Shown here piece by piece: positions 27,352 to 38,200 of a DNA stretch of 64,000 bases. The DNA lies in IMG/VR virus record IMGVR_UViG_3300002052_000002, positions 32,001-96,000 of that record. One strand, given 5' to 3'. The translations under genes were made by a program, and so were the position numbers. Within the stretch, counting starts at the first letter, position 1. Every line of letters starts with the position of its first letter. Under the pieces are notes generated by a model, which was not told the origin of the DNA, searched no databases, and saw only the letters and a list, made by a program, of their open reading frames with translations. The DNA comes from a virus.

Positions 27352-29006
27352 TGGCGTACGCAGAATGGAATACCTCCGTTCCTACAACTGGGACTAAAAT
27401 AGTTAATATACCTAGTGTTCATTCGAAAAACTGGTACGCTTTCCAATATACTTTAGAAGAGGAACACTATGGATTTAGTAGTCCACTTTCTGGAAGACAT
27501 ATGCTTGGAAGGACTACTATGGTTAGTGCCGCTCCTTCGGCAACCATTTTAGGAATAGCTGCCCCATTTACAGGAGCAATGGGTTGGGATACTGATTCTG
27601 GACAGGGTTGGCTCTATGATGGGGATGCCTGGGTTGTCTGGTCAGAATTGCCAAATAGTAGAGTATTTGCATATATAGGAACAAATCAAACAATACCTGA
27701 AACTTTAGATAATTGTGATTCTATAACAGGCTGGCAAACCACTAATACATGCGCGTGCACTATCTCTTCAGATACTTCTCAAAAATGGGAGGGATCTGCA
27801 TCTATAAAAGTAATACTTGCACCAGCAGAAACAAGTGAGTTTATGGCCTTCGAAACATATACTACTTGTGCAGTAGCGGGTCAGGCATATCCAACATGGT
27901 TTGCTCAACAGTTTGAGACCCCTGAAGCTGCCGAAGTGAACTTTAATAAAGCTTCAATATATATAGCACGCAATACCTTTACGGAAATTCCTATGGCATT
28001 TTATTATATTTATACTGATAATGGCGCCACAGGTGGGGATGCCGGACCTGAAACCATGATAGCTTCCGGTACTAAAACTATGTCTTGGTCCTCCTCATAT
28101 ACATATGAATGGAAGGAATGCACTTTTACTACAGTTTCTACTGGATCAAGTGGTACTAAATATTGGTTAGTAATAAATGACCCGAATCTCGTACTGGAAG
28201 AGCATTATATAGCAATAGATGGAGATGAAGGATATACAGATGGTATATATAAGTTGGGGACTACATTTGCAAACATGGCCACTGCGGCAGCAGATATGGC
28301 GTTTAGAATAGAGGCCTCTACTGGTAGAGATGATTTTTATGTCTATAAAGATTTAGTTCCTTATAAAGATTTTACAGGACTAGGTAATTATAATTCCTAT
28401 GTAAAATCGGATACTAATACTGGTTCCTCAGTAATAGCACATGCTTTTGGGAAATACTCAATAGATGAAAATACTCGTAGCTTAACAATAACTCAAACTG
28501 CTAATTGGGAAGAATTTCGATCAACTATTGGAGAGATCCCTTATTACTCTATAGCTCATATAGGATATCATATTACTGCCACTAATTCTGGGAATATATG
28601 GTTCGACTTTATTACTGTTGGGGATTTCAGTGGTAGCAAAGCTACAGTTGAATTTGATACGGAGAGTTTAGATTCTTTGGGAGAATGGGACGCCTCAACA
28701 TATACTTTTACCGCATGTGCAGATGGATACTATGAGTTATTGTCCTCCTTAACCCTAAGTGGATATGGCGGAACTGAAGTATCAACTTACTTTGTGGTAT
28801 CTAATATTGGGAGCGAGCCAGTTACAGCTGGAAAAAGCGAAATGATAGCGTTATCTGATGATTCTTTTACAATAACATCGAACACTATAGCGAAAGTAGT
28901 AAGTGGTGGAACAGTTAATTTACAAATAGCTCAAGATTGTCCAATAATCTTTACGATACTTAGTGGAGAGGACAAATCATTTTTGAAAATTCATAAACTT
29001 TCTTAG
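27351..29006 (+). CDS. tail fibre-like protein, paralog 2
   Basis: Same N-terminal motif; FTACADGYY; large insertion. Confidence 0.7.
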   Translation: MAYAEWNTSVPTTGTKIVNIPSVHSKNWYAFQYTLEEEHYGFSSPLSGRHMLGRTTMVSAAPSATILGIAAPFTGAMGWDTDSGQGWLYDGDAWVVWSELPNSRVFAYIGTNQTIPETLDNCDSITGWQTTNTCACTISSDTSQKWEGSASIKVILAPAETSEFMAFETYTTCAVAGQAYPTWFAQQFETPEAAEVNFNKASIYIARNTFTEIPMAFYYIYTDNGATGGDAGPETMIASGTKTMSWSSSYTYEWKECTFTTVSTGSSGTKYWLVINDPNLVLEEHYIAIDGDEGYTDGIYKLGTTFANMATAAADMAFRIEASTGRDDFYVYKDLVPYKDFTGLGNYNSYVKSDTNTGSSVIAHAFGKYSIDENTRSLTITQTANWEEFRSTIGEIPYYSIAHIGYHITATNSGNIWFDFITVGDFSGSKATVEFDTESLDSLGEWDASTYTFTACADGYYELLSSLTLSGYGGTEVSTYFVVSNIGSEPVTAGKSEMIALSDDSFTITSNTIAKVVSGGTVNLQIAQDCPIIFTILSGEDKSFLKIHKLS

Positions 29007-29013
29007 GAGATAT

Positions 29014-30762
29014 ATGTCGACGTGGAGACCAACTAGACCAAATTCATCTGATGATATCGCTGATATCCCTAGTTTGACTCAGGATAATTTTAGTGCTATA
29101 GAGGCCGTATTAGGAGTAGAACATTATACTATTACCCATGCTCTTAGTGGTCTACATAAAGGTGGAATAGCAGGAGGAATGTTTGTAGGTACTACCGCTC
29201 AAATCGCGGCTTTATCAAATCCTCCTACTGGAGCGATGGCACAAGATACAGATCTTGGTGTTGTAGTAGAGTATAGAGGGGGTGCCCTTGGTTGGGATAA
29301 GATCGGGCAAAGTGAATGGTCTAGATCGGCTGCCTATCCAACTACCGCAGTCGCCGTTACCGCAGATGAGCCTCCTTATACTATAATATGGGATACAGAG
29401 ATATATAATACTCTTAGTGAAATGAATACAGCAGATGGAGTTTTTACAGCGAAAGCTAGTGCTGGGTCCTATACTATTGTTGTATCACTAGGATTGGTAG
29501 CCTCTGGTACTCAAGTGGTAGAGGGGTACGCACTTCCTGTAGGAGATTACGCGGTTACTTGGAGTAGGGTGACTACTGGAGCAACCTACAATTATGAAAC
29601 AGTAGATGATTACCCAGGAGCGGATGACGCAGATTATAATGCTGCATGGACAGAGGGACGAGAGGACGAATTCTATGTGGGAAGTTTAGAAGATTCTTGG
29701 ACTACTGGAGAAGATAGTTATTATAGCCTTAAATTAAATGCCGCTAATCATGCTGGTGCTCAGGGATTTATGCTTAGTGCTAATTCTGTAATTAATCATG
29801 TAGAGTTATCTTTAGATAAGCAGAGTCCTGGAGCTGCACAAAATACTAAGGTAGTCTGGGCAGAAATATGGTATGGAGATCCTAGTACTGACGTCCCATC
29901 GGGGGATTCAACTAATTATATTGCTAGAAGTAGCAGTGCTACATTTCAAACTATCCCTACTGCTGGTCCAACTTGGATTAACTTCTATTTTAATCCTCCT
30001 GTAATTCTATCTGCTGATACAGAATATCATATAGTAGCACAAGCAGATTATGGTAGTTCTCTTACTGAATATATAAGATGGGCGAAGGATACTAGTATAG
30101 CGGAATCTGGGAATGGCGGTGGATCAATAGCTAATGATAGTTGGGTATGGACATGTGAAGCAGATGATACGAATACATTATTTAAAATCTATACGCAACC
30201 TTATATACCTGCCGGGTCTACAGGGATTAAAGTTATGACTCATTATAGGGCACGTGCTCAAGGAACCACGGAAGCGACTATAGATTCCTTTATAGTTACA
30301 CCGAATGGCAAAAGTTATGGAATAACTGAGGAACTAACAACTGGACCATTTGTAGATTATGAATGGGAATGGGATTATGATCCGGAAACAAATGAATTAT
30401 GGACTCCCTCAGGAGCTATGCAAATATTAAGATATGGGTATGATTTATGTAATGAATCCCCAACAAGTGCTTCTTCCGCAAATATTTCCCAGATGTATTT
30501 AGAATGGACATGGAATCCTCCCAGACCAATAGTTACTATAGGACTATATAAAGATGATGTACTATTTGAAGCCTCGAAAACTCCCCTTTTTGAAGCTGGG
30601 GAAGCTTCTTACCAGACTGCACAGTTATTCTCTACAGCTAGATTAACGGCTGGACAGGATTTACGAGTAAAAGTGGATAAGACATTAGTGGATGATGAGA
30701 TAGTCGTAGATTCTAAATATACATGGATTTCAATTCATAGAGTTAGTGGAGCGGTATTATAA
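29014..30762 (+). CDS. tail fibre-like protein, paralog 3
   Basis: Same N-terminal motif; FTAKASAGSY; large insertion. Confidence 0.7.
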   Translation: MSTWRPTRPNSSDDIADIPSLTQDNFSAIEAVLGVEHYTITHALSGLHKGGIAGGMFVGTTAQIAALSNPPTGAMAQDTDLGVVVEYRGGALGWDKIGQSEWSRSAAYPTTAVAVTADEPPYTIIWDTEIYNTLSEMNTADGVFTAKASAGSYTIVVSLGLVASGTQVVEGYALPVGDYAVTWSRVTTGATYNYETVDDYPGADDADYNAAWTEGREDEFYVGSLEDSWTTGEDSYYSLKLNAANHAGAQGFMLSANSVINHVELSLDKQSPGAAQNTKVVWAEIWYGDPSTDVPSGDSTNYIARSSSATFQTIPTAGPTWINFYFNPPVILSADTEYHIVAQADYGSSLTEYIRWAKDTSIAESGNGGGSIANDSWVWTCEADDTNTLFKIYTQPYIPAGSTGIKVMTHYRARAQGTTEATIDSFIVTPNGKSYGITEELTTGPFVDYEWEWDYDPETNELWTPSGAMQILRYGYDLCNESPTSASSANISQMYLEWTWNPPRPIVTIGLYKDDVLFEASKTPLFEAGEASYQTAQLFSTARLTAGQDLRVKVDKTLVDDEIVVDSKYTWISIHRVSGAVL

Positions 30763-32363
30763 TGCCTTATGAAAAGTACGTTATAGAGAAATTTCAAGTT
30801 GGACTGATAGATGAGAATGAATTATCTAAATTGAGTCATCCTCCTGGAGCATCTATAGATTGTCAAAATGTTATTTGGATGCCTAGTGGGGCGCTGACTA
30901 AGCGAAAAGGCCTTAGAAAGCTAAATGCTGTGGGCCCATTAGTAGACTCTGCTATAGTCCATATGCAGCAGATGAAGGACAAAAATGGGTCTGATTATGT
31001 TGTAGCCTTTTCCTGTGCTTCAGGGAGTACCTCCGCTAGTATTGGTAGATTTGATGATTCTAGTGGGATTGGAACGTTCCATCCTATATATGTGGATGGA
31101 TGGCTAGTAGGAGATGGGCATCCAGTTTCAACTACAACTTTCATGGGATCTGGAGCTTGGACTTCTTGGAGTAATGTAGGTCCAATATATGGATGGGATG
31201 CCGCTGCAGCAACCCCATCAGCAGCTGTCCCAATAACAGATACTCCTAGTGGAGCAAAAGTTGTAGTTGCTTTTGGTAATTTCTTATTTCTTTGTAATAT
31301 GTTGGGGGATACTGGTGCGGAAGCTGGCGTGCAGCAAAGATCCAGAATTAGATGGTCTGCTGCTAGAGATTGGACAGATTGGCCTGTCACATATTATATG
31401 GATTTGGACACGGATGATGGAGACGAGATAAAAGCAGCCACTATGTTCCGTAACTCCCTAATAATATTCAAGGAATTTAAGATGTACGCTATACGTTGGG
31501 TTGGTGGCACGGAGTTATTTAGGGCAGAGCGTATAGATGATAGTGTAGGGTGTGTCGGCCCAAATGCATGGGTAGAGTCTGGCGGAGATTTATACTTCCT
31601 AGGCTGCCAGGTGCCTTATAAGTACACAGGACAAGGAGTACCAGAAAGTATAGGCGACGCGGTACAGAGTACATTTGATGAGATGGATCTTACTATTAGT
31701 CAAATGAATGATGTAGATAGTGATGAAGAATTCTATGAAGTTATGTTTAACATGGCTACAAGTGATTCTGAAGCTGCCAGGAAAGATACACAACTTGTAT
31801 ATGATACACGATTTGGTAGTTGGACTAGATTTGATATGACAGCCTCTTGTATACGTGGGATAGATTATGGCACTAATGCTATGTATATTACTTTAACACA
31901 GCCATATTCCGCGTATGCTGGTACACAAATTAGAGATTGGGCAGGGGCTAAAGAAGGAATGTTGGCAGTAGGCTCATACTCTGGAGATATCAGAGAGTAT
32001 GGACTATCAAATAATGATGATGGAGTGGCCATCGAAGGATATTGGAAAAGTAGATGGATAGATTTTGGAGATCCTACAGTTAATAAACGTCTATATAGAG
32101 TGACATTCTTTGTAGAGAAAGAATTGGGAGATTATGATTTTACGTTTGAACTCTATACAGATTGGGATCAGGATAATCCAGTTCTTACAAAATTAGTATC
32201 TTTAACAGGTGCCACAGAGGAAACGGTATTGGAGCAGAAGATAGACTTTACAAAGCCTTGTAGATCTGCACAATTTAAATTTTATACAAATGAACTCATA
32301 AGCCCTTTTACTATTCATAAGGTCATAATTGAATACTTAGTAAGAGGCAGAACAAAAACATAA
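30762..32363 (+). CDS. tail nozzle / packaged-DNA stabilisation protein (P22 gp10-like)
   Basis: GALTKRKG, RIRWS, VGCVGP, WKSRWIDFGDP motifs. Confidence 0.8.
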   Translation: MPYEKYVIEKFQVGLIDENELSKLSHPPGASIDCQNVIWMPSGALTKRKGLRKLNAVGPLVDSAIVHMQQMKDKNGSDYVVAFSCASGSTSASIGRFDDSSGIGTFHPIYVDGWLVGDGHPVSTTTFMGSGAWTSWSNVGPIYGWDAAAATPSAAVPITDTPSGAKVVVAFGNFLFLCNMLGDTGAEAGVQQRSRIRWSAARDWTDWPVTYYMDLDTDDGDEIKAATMFRNSLIIFKEFKMYAIRWVGGTELFRAERIDDSVGCVGPNAWVESGGDLYFLGCQVPYKYTGQGVPESIGDAVQSTFDEMDLTISQMNDVDSDEEFYEVMFNMATSDSEAARKDTQLVYDTRFGSWTRFDMTASCIRGIDYGTNAMYITLTQPYSAYAGTQIRDWAGAKEGMLAVGSYSGDIREYGLSNNDDGVAIEGYWKSRWIDFGDPTVNKRLYRVTFFVEKELGDYDFTFELYTDWDQDNPVLTKLVSLTGATEETVLEQKIDFTKPCRSAQFKFYTNELISPFTIHKVIIEYLVRGRTKT

Positions 32364-32376
32364 GGGGTGTAATAAA

Positions 32377-33321
32377 ATGGGTAATGGATGGGAAGTAACA
32401 AGTTTTCCGGAGGATCCAGCAGGATATTTAAATATGCCAGCTTCTTATTATGGAACGCCTGTATCATATGATTATACAAATTCCTGGTATTCAGATCCGA
32501 ACCTATGGAAAATACTAGGAGGATTTGGAGCTACTCTTGGATCTTCTCTACTCGGTGGTGGGGGAGGCGGAGGTGCTGGTAAAGCAGGAACTACAGCCAC
32601 AGCTGGTAAAATTCCTAAGCCAATCAAACAAACAGCAAAAATGGTTCAGGAACAATGGCCACAAGCTGCTACAACTCCAGAACAAGAAGCATATTATTAT
32701 GGTTCAGTTGTGCCAGCTCTATTAAGTGGAGAGGTAGACCCATTCTCTGCTAACATCCTCAGACTTATAGCAGGTGGAGGCCCTGGAATGTATATGCCAG
32801 ACGTGGCCGCTATGAGGGCCCCTTATGAGACGATGCTTAGATTAGGTGGAGAACAAGCTGCACGTTTATATGACCAGCTCCTTGGAATAGGTGCAGGTGG
32901 TATTTCTGGCCTTGGTGCTGGACAGCCAGAGGCCGCTGCTGCTTATGGTAGAGAAATGGCGATGTTGCCTATCATGCAACAGATTGCACAGCAAGAACAG
33001 GCCATTGCCCAGATGCAGCAGCAAGCAATGGGCATGTATCCTCAATATGGAATGGAGGCATTAAGACTTCTGCCCGCAACTGAAGTTCAAAACCTACAAA
33101 ATATGGCTACTAGAATGGCCATGATGGGATTTCCTTATGAGGCTATACTTAGGAATATACAAGAATATGCAAAAACATTGACTGGTTTATACGCCCCATT
33201 TACAGGGCAATTACCACAAGTAACGACTATGGAACCTTCGCAGGGTAGTCTTTGGGCCCAAGTTCTAGGACAAGGACTCGGAGCTCTGGGTAGTTATTTA
33301 CTACAACCAACAAAAACATAA
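32377..33321 (+). CDS. putative internal virion (ejection) protein
   Basis: Gly/Ala/Gln-rich; follows the nozzle gene. Confidence 0.65.
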   Translation: MGNGWEVTSFPEDPAGYLNMPASYYGTPVSYDYTNSWYSDPNLWKILGGFGATLGSSLLGGGGGGGAGKAGTTATAGKIPKPIKQTAKMVQEQWPQAATTPEQEAYYYGSVVPALLSGEVDPFSANILRLIAGGGPGMYMPDVAAMRAPYETMLRLGGEQAARLYDQLLGIGAGGISGLGAGQPEAAAAYGREMAMLPIMQQIAQQEQAIAQMQQQAMGMYPQYGMEALRLLPATEVQNLQNMATRMAMMGFPYEAILRNIQEYAKTLTGLYAPFTGQLPQVTTMEPSQGSLWAQVLGQGLGALGSYLLQPTKT

Positions 33322-33339
33322 TTAGGAGAGAGAAAATAT

Positions 33340-35280
33340 ATGGCAACATTATGGGGACATTTACCAGAAAGTCCGCCAGCAGAAATTATAGAACCAGCGC
33401 TTAGACAGATAGCCGCACAGGCTATAGCTGGAGCTGGTGGAGTTGCGCCTGATGTATTTACAGGCAGTCCAGCATGGGAGGCACAAAGACGAGTTCCTCA
33501 AACTTGGGGAGATCTACTTCGTTTATTGCTCGGTGGAGGAATGACAGGATATATTCCTCCTGAAAGGTTGGAACAGCTTAGGACCCCAACTGGACCTTCA
33601 ATGATAGGAAGAAGTCCTGAGGAACAGGCTGCGATTGCTGCAGCTAGTGTTCCGGCAGTCCCTTCTAGAGCCATGTTTGGAGTGGAAGAAGGAATGGCAG
33701 GATTACCAACGCCAACTCCTACTGTACCGACTCCTGTGACCCCTCCTACAGCAGCTCCTAAACCGAAGACAGGGGAACGACCATTATATGGCGTTGTTCC
33801 GCCTAAGGCGAAGGAAGGTGCAGCATACGAGGCACTTACCGGAGAGGCCGTGCCCCCTGCGGAACCAGAAGAAGAGGAAATGCCTTTTGCACTTCCTCCT
33901 TTTCCAGAAGGAGTGGACTTTGAAAGTGAAATGAGAAGGATAGCTGCGACAGCTCCTAGGACTCCAGAAGAGATCGCTGGACCTAGGCCAACTATTCCTA
34001 GAGCACCACTTCCTTTAGAATTACTTAGACAATTCTCTTATGGGATGCTCTACGGTGGAGCTAGAGGAGCAGAAGAGCACGAACGTAGAATACAAGCGGT
34101 ATTAGATAAACAATATGATGACAAATTACAGATGGCTGTTGCTGCTGCTAGTGAAGAGAGAAAGGCAGAGTATGCTATATTAAGTAATAAAGTAGAACAG
34201 CAAAAGATTGCTGAGGAAGGTTATGGCAAGTATTTAGAGCACATTGGAAGAGTTTATCCTGAGTCATTTACTACGCGTCCAGAAGTTTTAGGAGCAGCTA
34301 TGCGACTTTGGCACATGGATGAGAAGGCTATAAATGAATTTTTAGCTTCTCGTAAACGTCCTGATGGTACTTATGATCTGGGGAAATCAGAAGTAGATAG
34401 AAAAGTGCATGCGTATAAGACACAGGCTAGAGCAATGAAGATAATGTATCCCGCTCTTTCGGAAGAGGAAATTGCAGAGATCGTCGTAACTGGTGGATTT
34501 ATAGATCATACTAAACGATTTGAGAATAGAATGATGAGTGATCTAGCTGCTGCTCAACAGAAAGGGGACATGAAAGAATATAATAAACTATTGGATCAAT
34601 TTACTGCATATAAAAGTGCTATGCAGAAAAGTGCATTACGTGAATCCATGGACAAAATGACAGTTTTATACCAAATGAAAGATGTAATCGTGAAGAATCA
34701 AGGACAGGATTTCTTCAACTGGTTATCACAAAGTGCATATGCCAGCCTATTTGGAGCCAGAGTTCCTCATCCCTCTGAGATAGAGAAGGTTACAAAAGAA
34801 AAGGAAATGACTCCAACAGAGAAAGCTAAGATGCAAGAGATGAGATTGAAATATACAGGTCTTCCTGGAATTCTCGTTCTAATGTACCCAGAACAGGCCA
34901 CAAAGGAAGGCGGCATTCTATTTGAACAAGAGAATGCTAGAAAGGTAATTGACAAATATAATATGGTAAAAGCCGAAGTTCAGGATATGATTCAGAAAGG
35001 ACAAACTCCTGAGAAGGCCATGAAACATATTAATAAACAGGTGTCTAAAGAAGAACAAGCTCTATTATGGAAAATGGCAGATACGACTAGAATATACATG
35101 ACTTCCGTGGACCCGTTAACTGGGAAATTAAGAACAGATCCCACTGGGCGTCCACGATCAGAGATTCTTAGACACGTTATGATAACTCCTGATAACTTTT
35201 TACAAATTATAGAATTAATAGATATGGGGGAAACTAATATAAATATTATTAGATATTTCCGAACTCCTCCTACCAAATAA
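33340..35280 (+). CDS. putative internal virion (ejection) protein
   Basis: 646 aa, helical; position. Confidence 0.65.
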   Translation: MATLWGHLPESPPAEIIEPALRQIAAQAIAGAGGVAPDVFTGSPAWEAQRRVPQTWGDLLRLLLGGGMTGYIPPERLEQLRTPTGPSMIGRSPEEQAAIAAASVPAVPSRAMFGVEEGMAGLPTPTPTVPTPVTPPTAAPKPKTGERPLYGVVPPKAKEGAAYEALTGEAVPPAEPEEEEMPFALPPFPEGVDFESEMRRIAATAPRTPEEIAGPRPTIPRAPLPLELLRQFSYGMLYGGARGAEEHERRIQAVLDKQYDDKLQMAVAAASEERKAEYAILSNKVEQQKIAEEGYGKYLEHIGRVYPESFTTRPEVLGAAMRLWHMDEKAINEFLASRKRPDGTYDLGKSEVDRKVHAYKTQARAMKIMYPALSEEEIAEIVVTGGFIDHTKRFENRMMSDLAAAQQKGDMKEYNKLLDQFTAYKSAMQKSALRESMDKMTVLYQMKDVIVKNQGQDFFNWLSQSAYASLFGARVPHPSEIEKVTKEKEMTPTEKAKMQEMRLKYTGLPGILVLMYPEQATKEGGILFEQENARKVIDKYNMVKAEVQDMIQKGQTPEKAMKHINKQVSKEEQALLWKMADTTRIYMTSVDPLTGKLRTDPTGRPRSEILRHVMITPDNFLQIIELIDMGETNINIIRYFRTPPTK

Positions 35281-35293
35281 TAAGGGGTAATTT

Positions 35294-38200
35294 ATGCCTT
35301 TAGAGGAACAAGTACAACAGTTAATAGATTTAATTAAAGAAAAAGAAGAACCTACTGTAGCTCCCACACCCACTCCAAAGCCAACGGCTCCGGAAGAGCC
35401 CGCAGCGCCAACAGGAGAAGGAGTCGCCGATGTGTTGGCAATGCAGAGGGAACAGACAGCTCCCTTTATGATAACACAAAGAGATATAGGGGCTTTAGGG
35501 CATCTATTAACTGGTTTTAAACTAGGATTGTATGGTGAATTAGACTTTTTAGATAAAGCATCTGAATGGGTATCTAATCTTACAGGATTAGAGAAAGGCG
35601 GGGTCTTTGGTGAATTAAGAGACAAAGTTGCGCCGGAAGATTACGAATTATCTGACACTGGTCTAACCGCTACCATCCTAAGAGCTGTAGGCATGCTTCC
35701 TGTCCAATTGGGAGCAGCTATGATGGCTGGAGGAATTGGTGGTGGTATCCTTAAAATAGCTAGATTACCACAAGCAGTAATCCTTGGTCGTGGCGGTATA
35801 TCATTAGCCAGAGGTGCAGCAATGCCACTGAAGGGTGCTAGAATGTTTGGCCTAGGAATGCCTACTGGATTTGGTTTAATGGGAGCAGCAAGAGCAGGAG
35901 TCCAACCAGAACCTTCTGCTGCAGAAATGATTAAACATGGTTTGACAGGCGCTGGAATGGGCTTTGGACTAGAGGCTTTGGCTCCTATGAGAGCTATAGC
36001 TCGTATCCCAGGTACAGCTGGTATATTTGGTGGATTAACCGCACTAGAGGGTGCACCTGCTGAGGAGACGATTGCTCAGACTTTAGTTGGAGGTCTTTTG
36101 GGACTTCTTGGTAGACGTCCTAAATATCCTGAAGCTCCACTTCCTACTGCTGAAGTGCCTGCTGCTGCTGGAGTACCTCCAAGAGCACCAGAACAGATGG
36201 GCCTTCCGTTAAGAGTACGTAGACCTATGGCTCCTATAGAAGAAGGAGTAGAGCAACTTCCTCTTCCATTAAGAGTTACTGAACCAATGGAAAGAGAAGC
36301 TCCTCCTAAAGTAGCCGCTCCAGTAGTGGAGAAACCTACTACGGTGGAGGCACAACCAAAGCCTGATTCATTATATATTTCTAGAAATGAGATTATAGAT
36401 GGTTTAGTTGTTAAGAAAGATTTTAGACGAGGAGTACTTGAGCAGCTTTCTGATCCAGTTCTTGCGTGGTTGAATACCTCAAAAACCATAAAGGGATCAC
36501 AAGTAACATTTGATCCTACGACTAAAGCGGTAATAAAGAAGGTTGGTCGCAAGAGAGTCGTAGGTAAAATGACCGATAAAGAACTTGTGGACGAGTCAAA
36601 TACTACGATGTCCATGACTCGCTATAATCAAGTCATGACTGAACTGAAATCCAGACAACTTAGAGACATCGCTCTTGGTAAGGAACGGGTCGATTTAGCG
36701 GAAGAAGTTTCGGTCAGGGAACCAGTACGCAAACCAACAGTAGCTGAAGGAATGGAAGGGGCTACTCCTGTGGAGCGTATTCCTTATAGGAATGCATTAG
36801 TACAGGCTGCATATGGAGAAATTACTGAAGGTTTTCCAGAGAAGCGCTTAACTATAGATGAATTCTTAGAGACTGCTAAAGGTGTATATAAATTAACTCC
36901 AGAAGAACGTATAGAATTAACCAGACTTCTTAATGGAGAAGGATGGAGAATTATTGGCGAAGGGGAAACCCTAGATAAATTGGTTGGACGTAGAATAGAA
37001 GAACAGATGAAGGAACCTCCTAGAGTACCTGAGGAACTGACAGCCGAAGAAATTAAAGCTATAGCTAAACAAGATTGGGAAAAGACACATGATGAATATT
37101 TGAAAAAGGCAAGAGAAGATAAACTTATTCCCAGTGAAGAAGAATATAATAAACTTTCCCTATCTGAGAAAGAAGAAATCACTGATTTTTTGGATGATGT
37201 GTATGAGCTTTATGGTGAGATAGAAGCTTTAAAGGCCCAGAAAAAGTTCGATAAAAAGACAGCGAATACTTATTCAAGGAAAGTAGGGATTGTAAAAGGC
37301 AATATAAATAGGATCTTCAGTGCGGCCATGCGTGAGAGAGCAGGACGAGTAAAGGTCCCTGAAGAGATGGTGAGGAAATATGGGCTTCCTGAAGAGAAGC
37401 CTGAAAAAGTCGAAGTACCGAAGAAAGTTCCTGAAAAGGTGAGAGAGATCACAGGAGCAAAGGCACTTTATATAGATAAAGCTGTTGAGTTATGGGGAGA
37501 GAAAGCCAGGATGAATTTGGCCAGCCTCTCCGTCACAGACTTGATGAGAATTGTAGAAGGCAAGCTTACTCCAGAAGAGTATTCAATTACTCCTAGTGGA
37601 AGATTAGTAAAGATTCCTTCAAAAGTAGCAAAACCTGTTGAAATTAAAGGACTTAAAGTAAGATTCAAAGAACATCCAGAAGATCCAAATATCATGACAG
37701 CTATCGCTGGTGTGCCAGGAGCTGAGGCTATAGGTTTATGGTCAATTCGATTGCCTGTAGAAAGAAAACCTGGGGAGAAAGTTGGATGGTATAGCATAGA
37801 AGCGGATGTTACCCCTGAATTTACACGAAAGGGAATAGGCACTGCTATGTTTGATGCTATTGAAAAACAATATGGTGAACATTTAGGTAGAGTAGGAGAA
37901 CTTACTGGAGCTGGAGCCAAATTTGTTGAGGGCCTAAAAAGAAAAGGAAGAAAATATAAGGATATTGATGTTGAAGAGGTAGGAATAGAACCAGAAGCTC
38001 CTCCTAAAGTAGAAGCTCCAATCAAAGCTCCAAAATTGAGTAAAAAGGAAGAAGCTGGGATTAAACTTGAGCTTACTACTATTCGAGAGAAGTATACTGG
38101 TAGACCAGATTTAGAGAAAATTGTTGCTTCATACGAAAAGCATAGACGAAGTGGCTTGAATATTAAAGCTGCTGTAGAGGCCATGCGGCAGGAAATAGGT

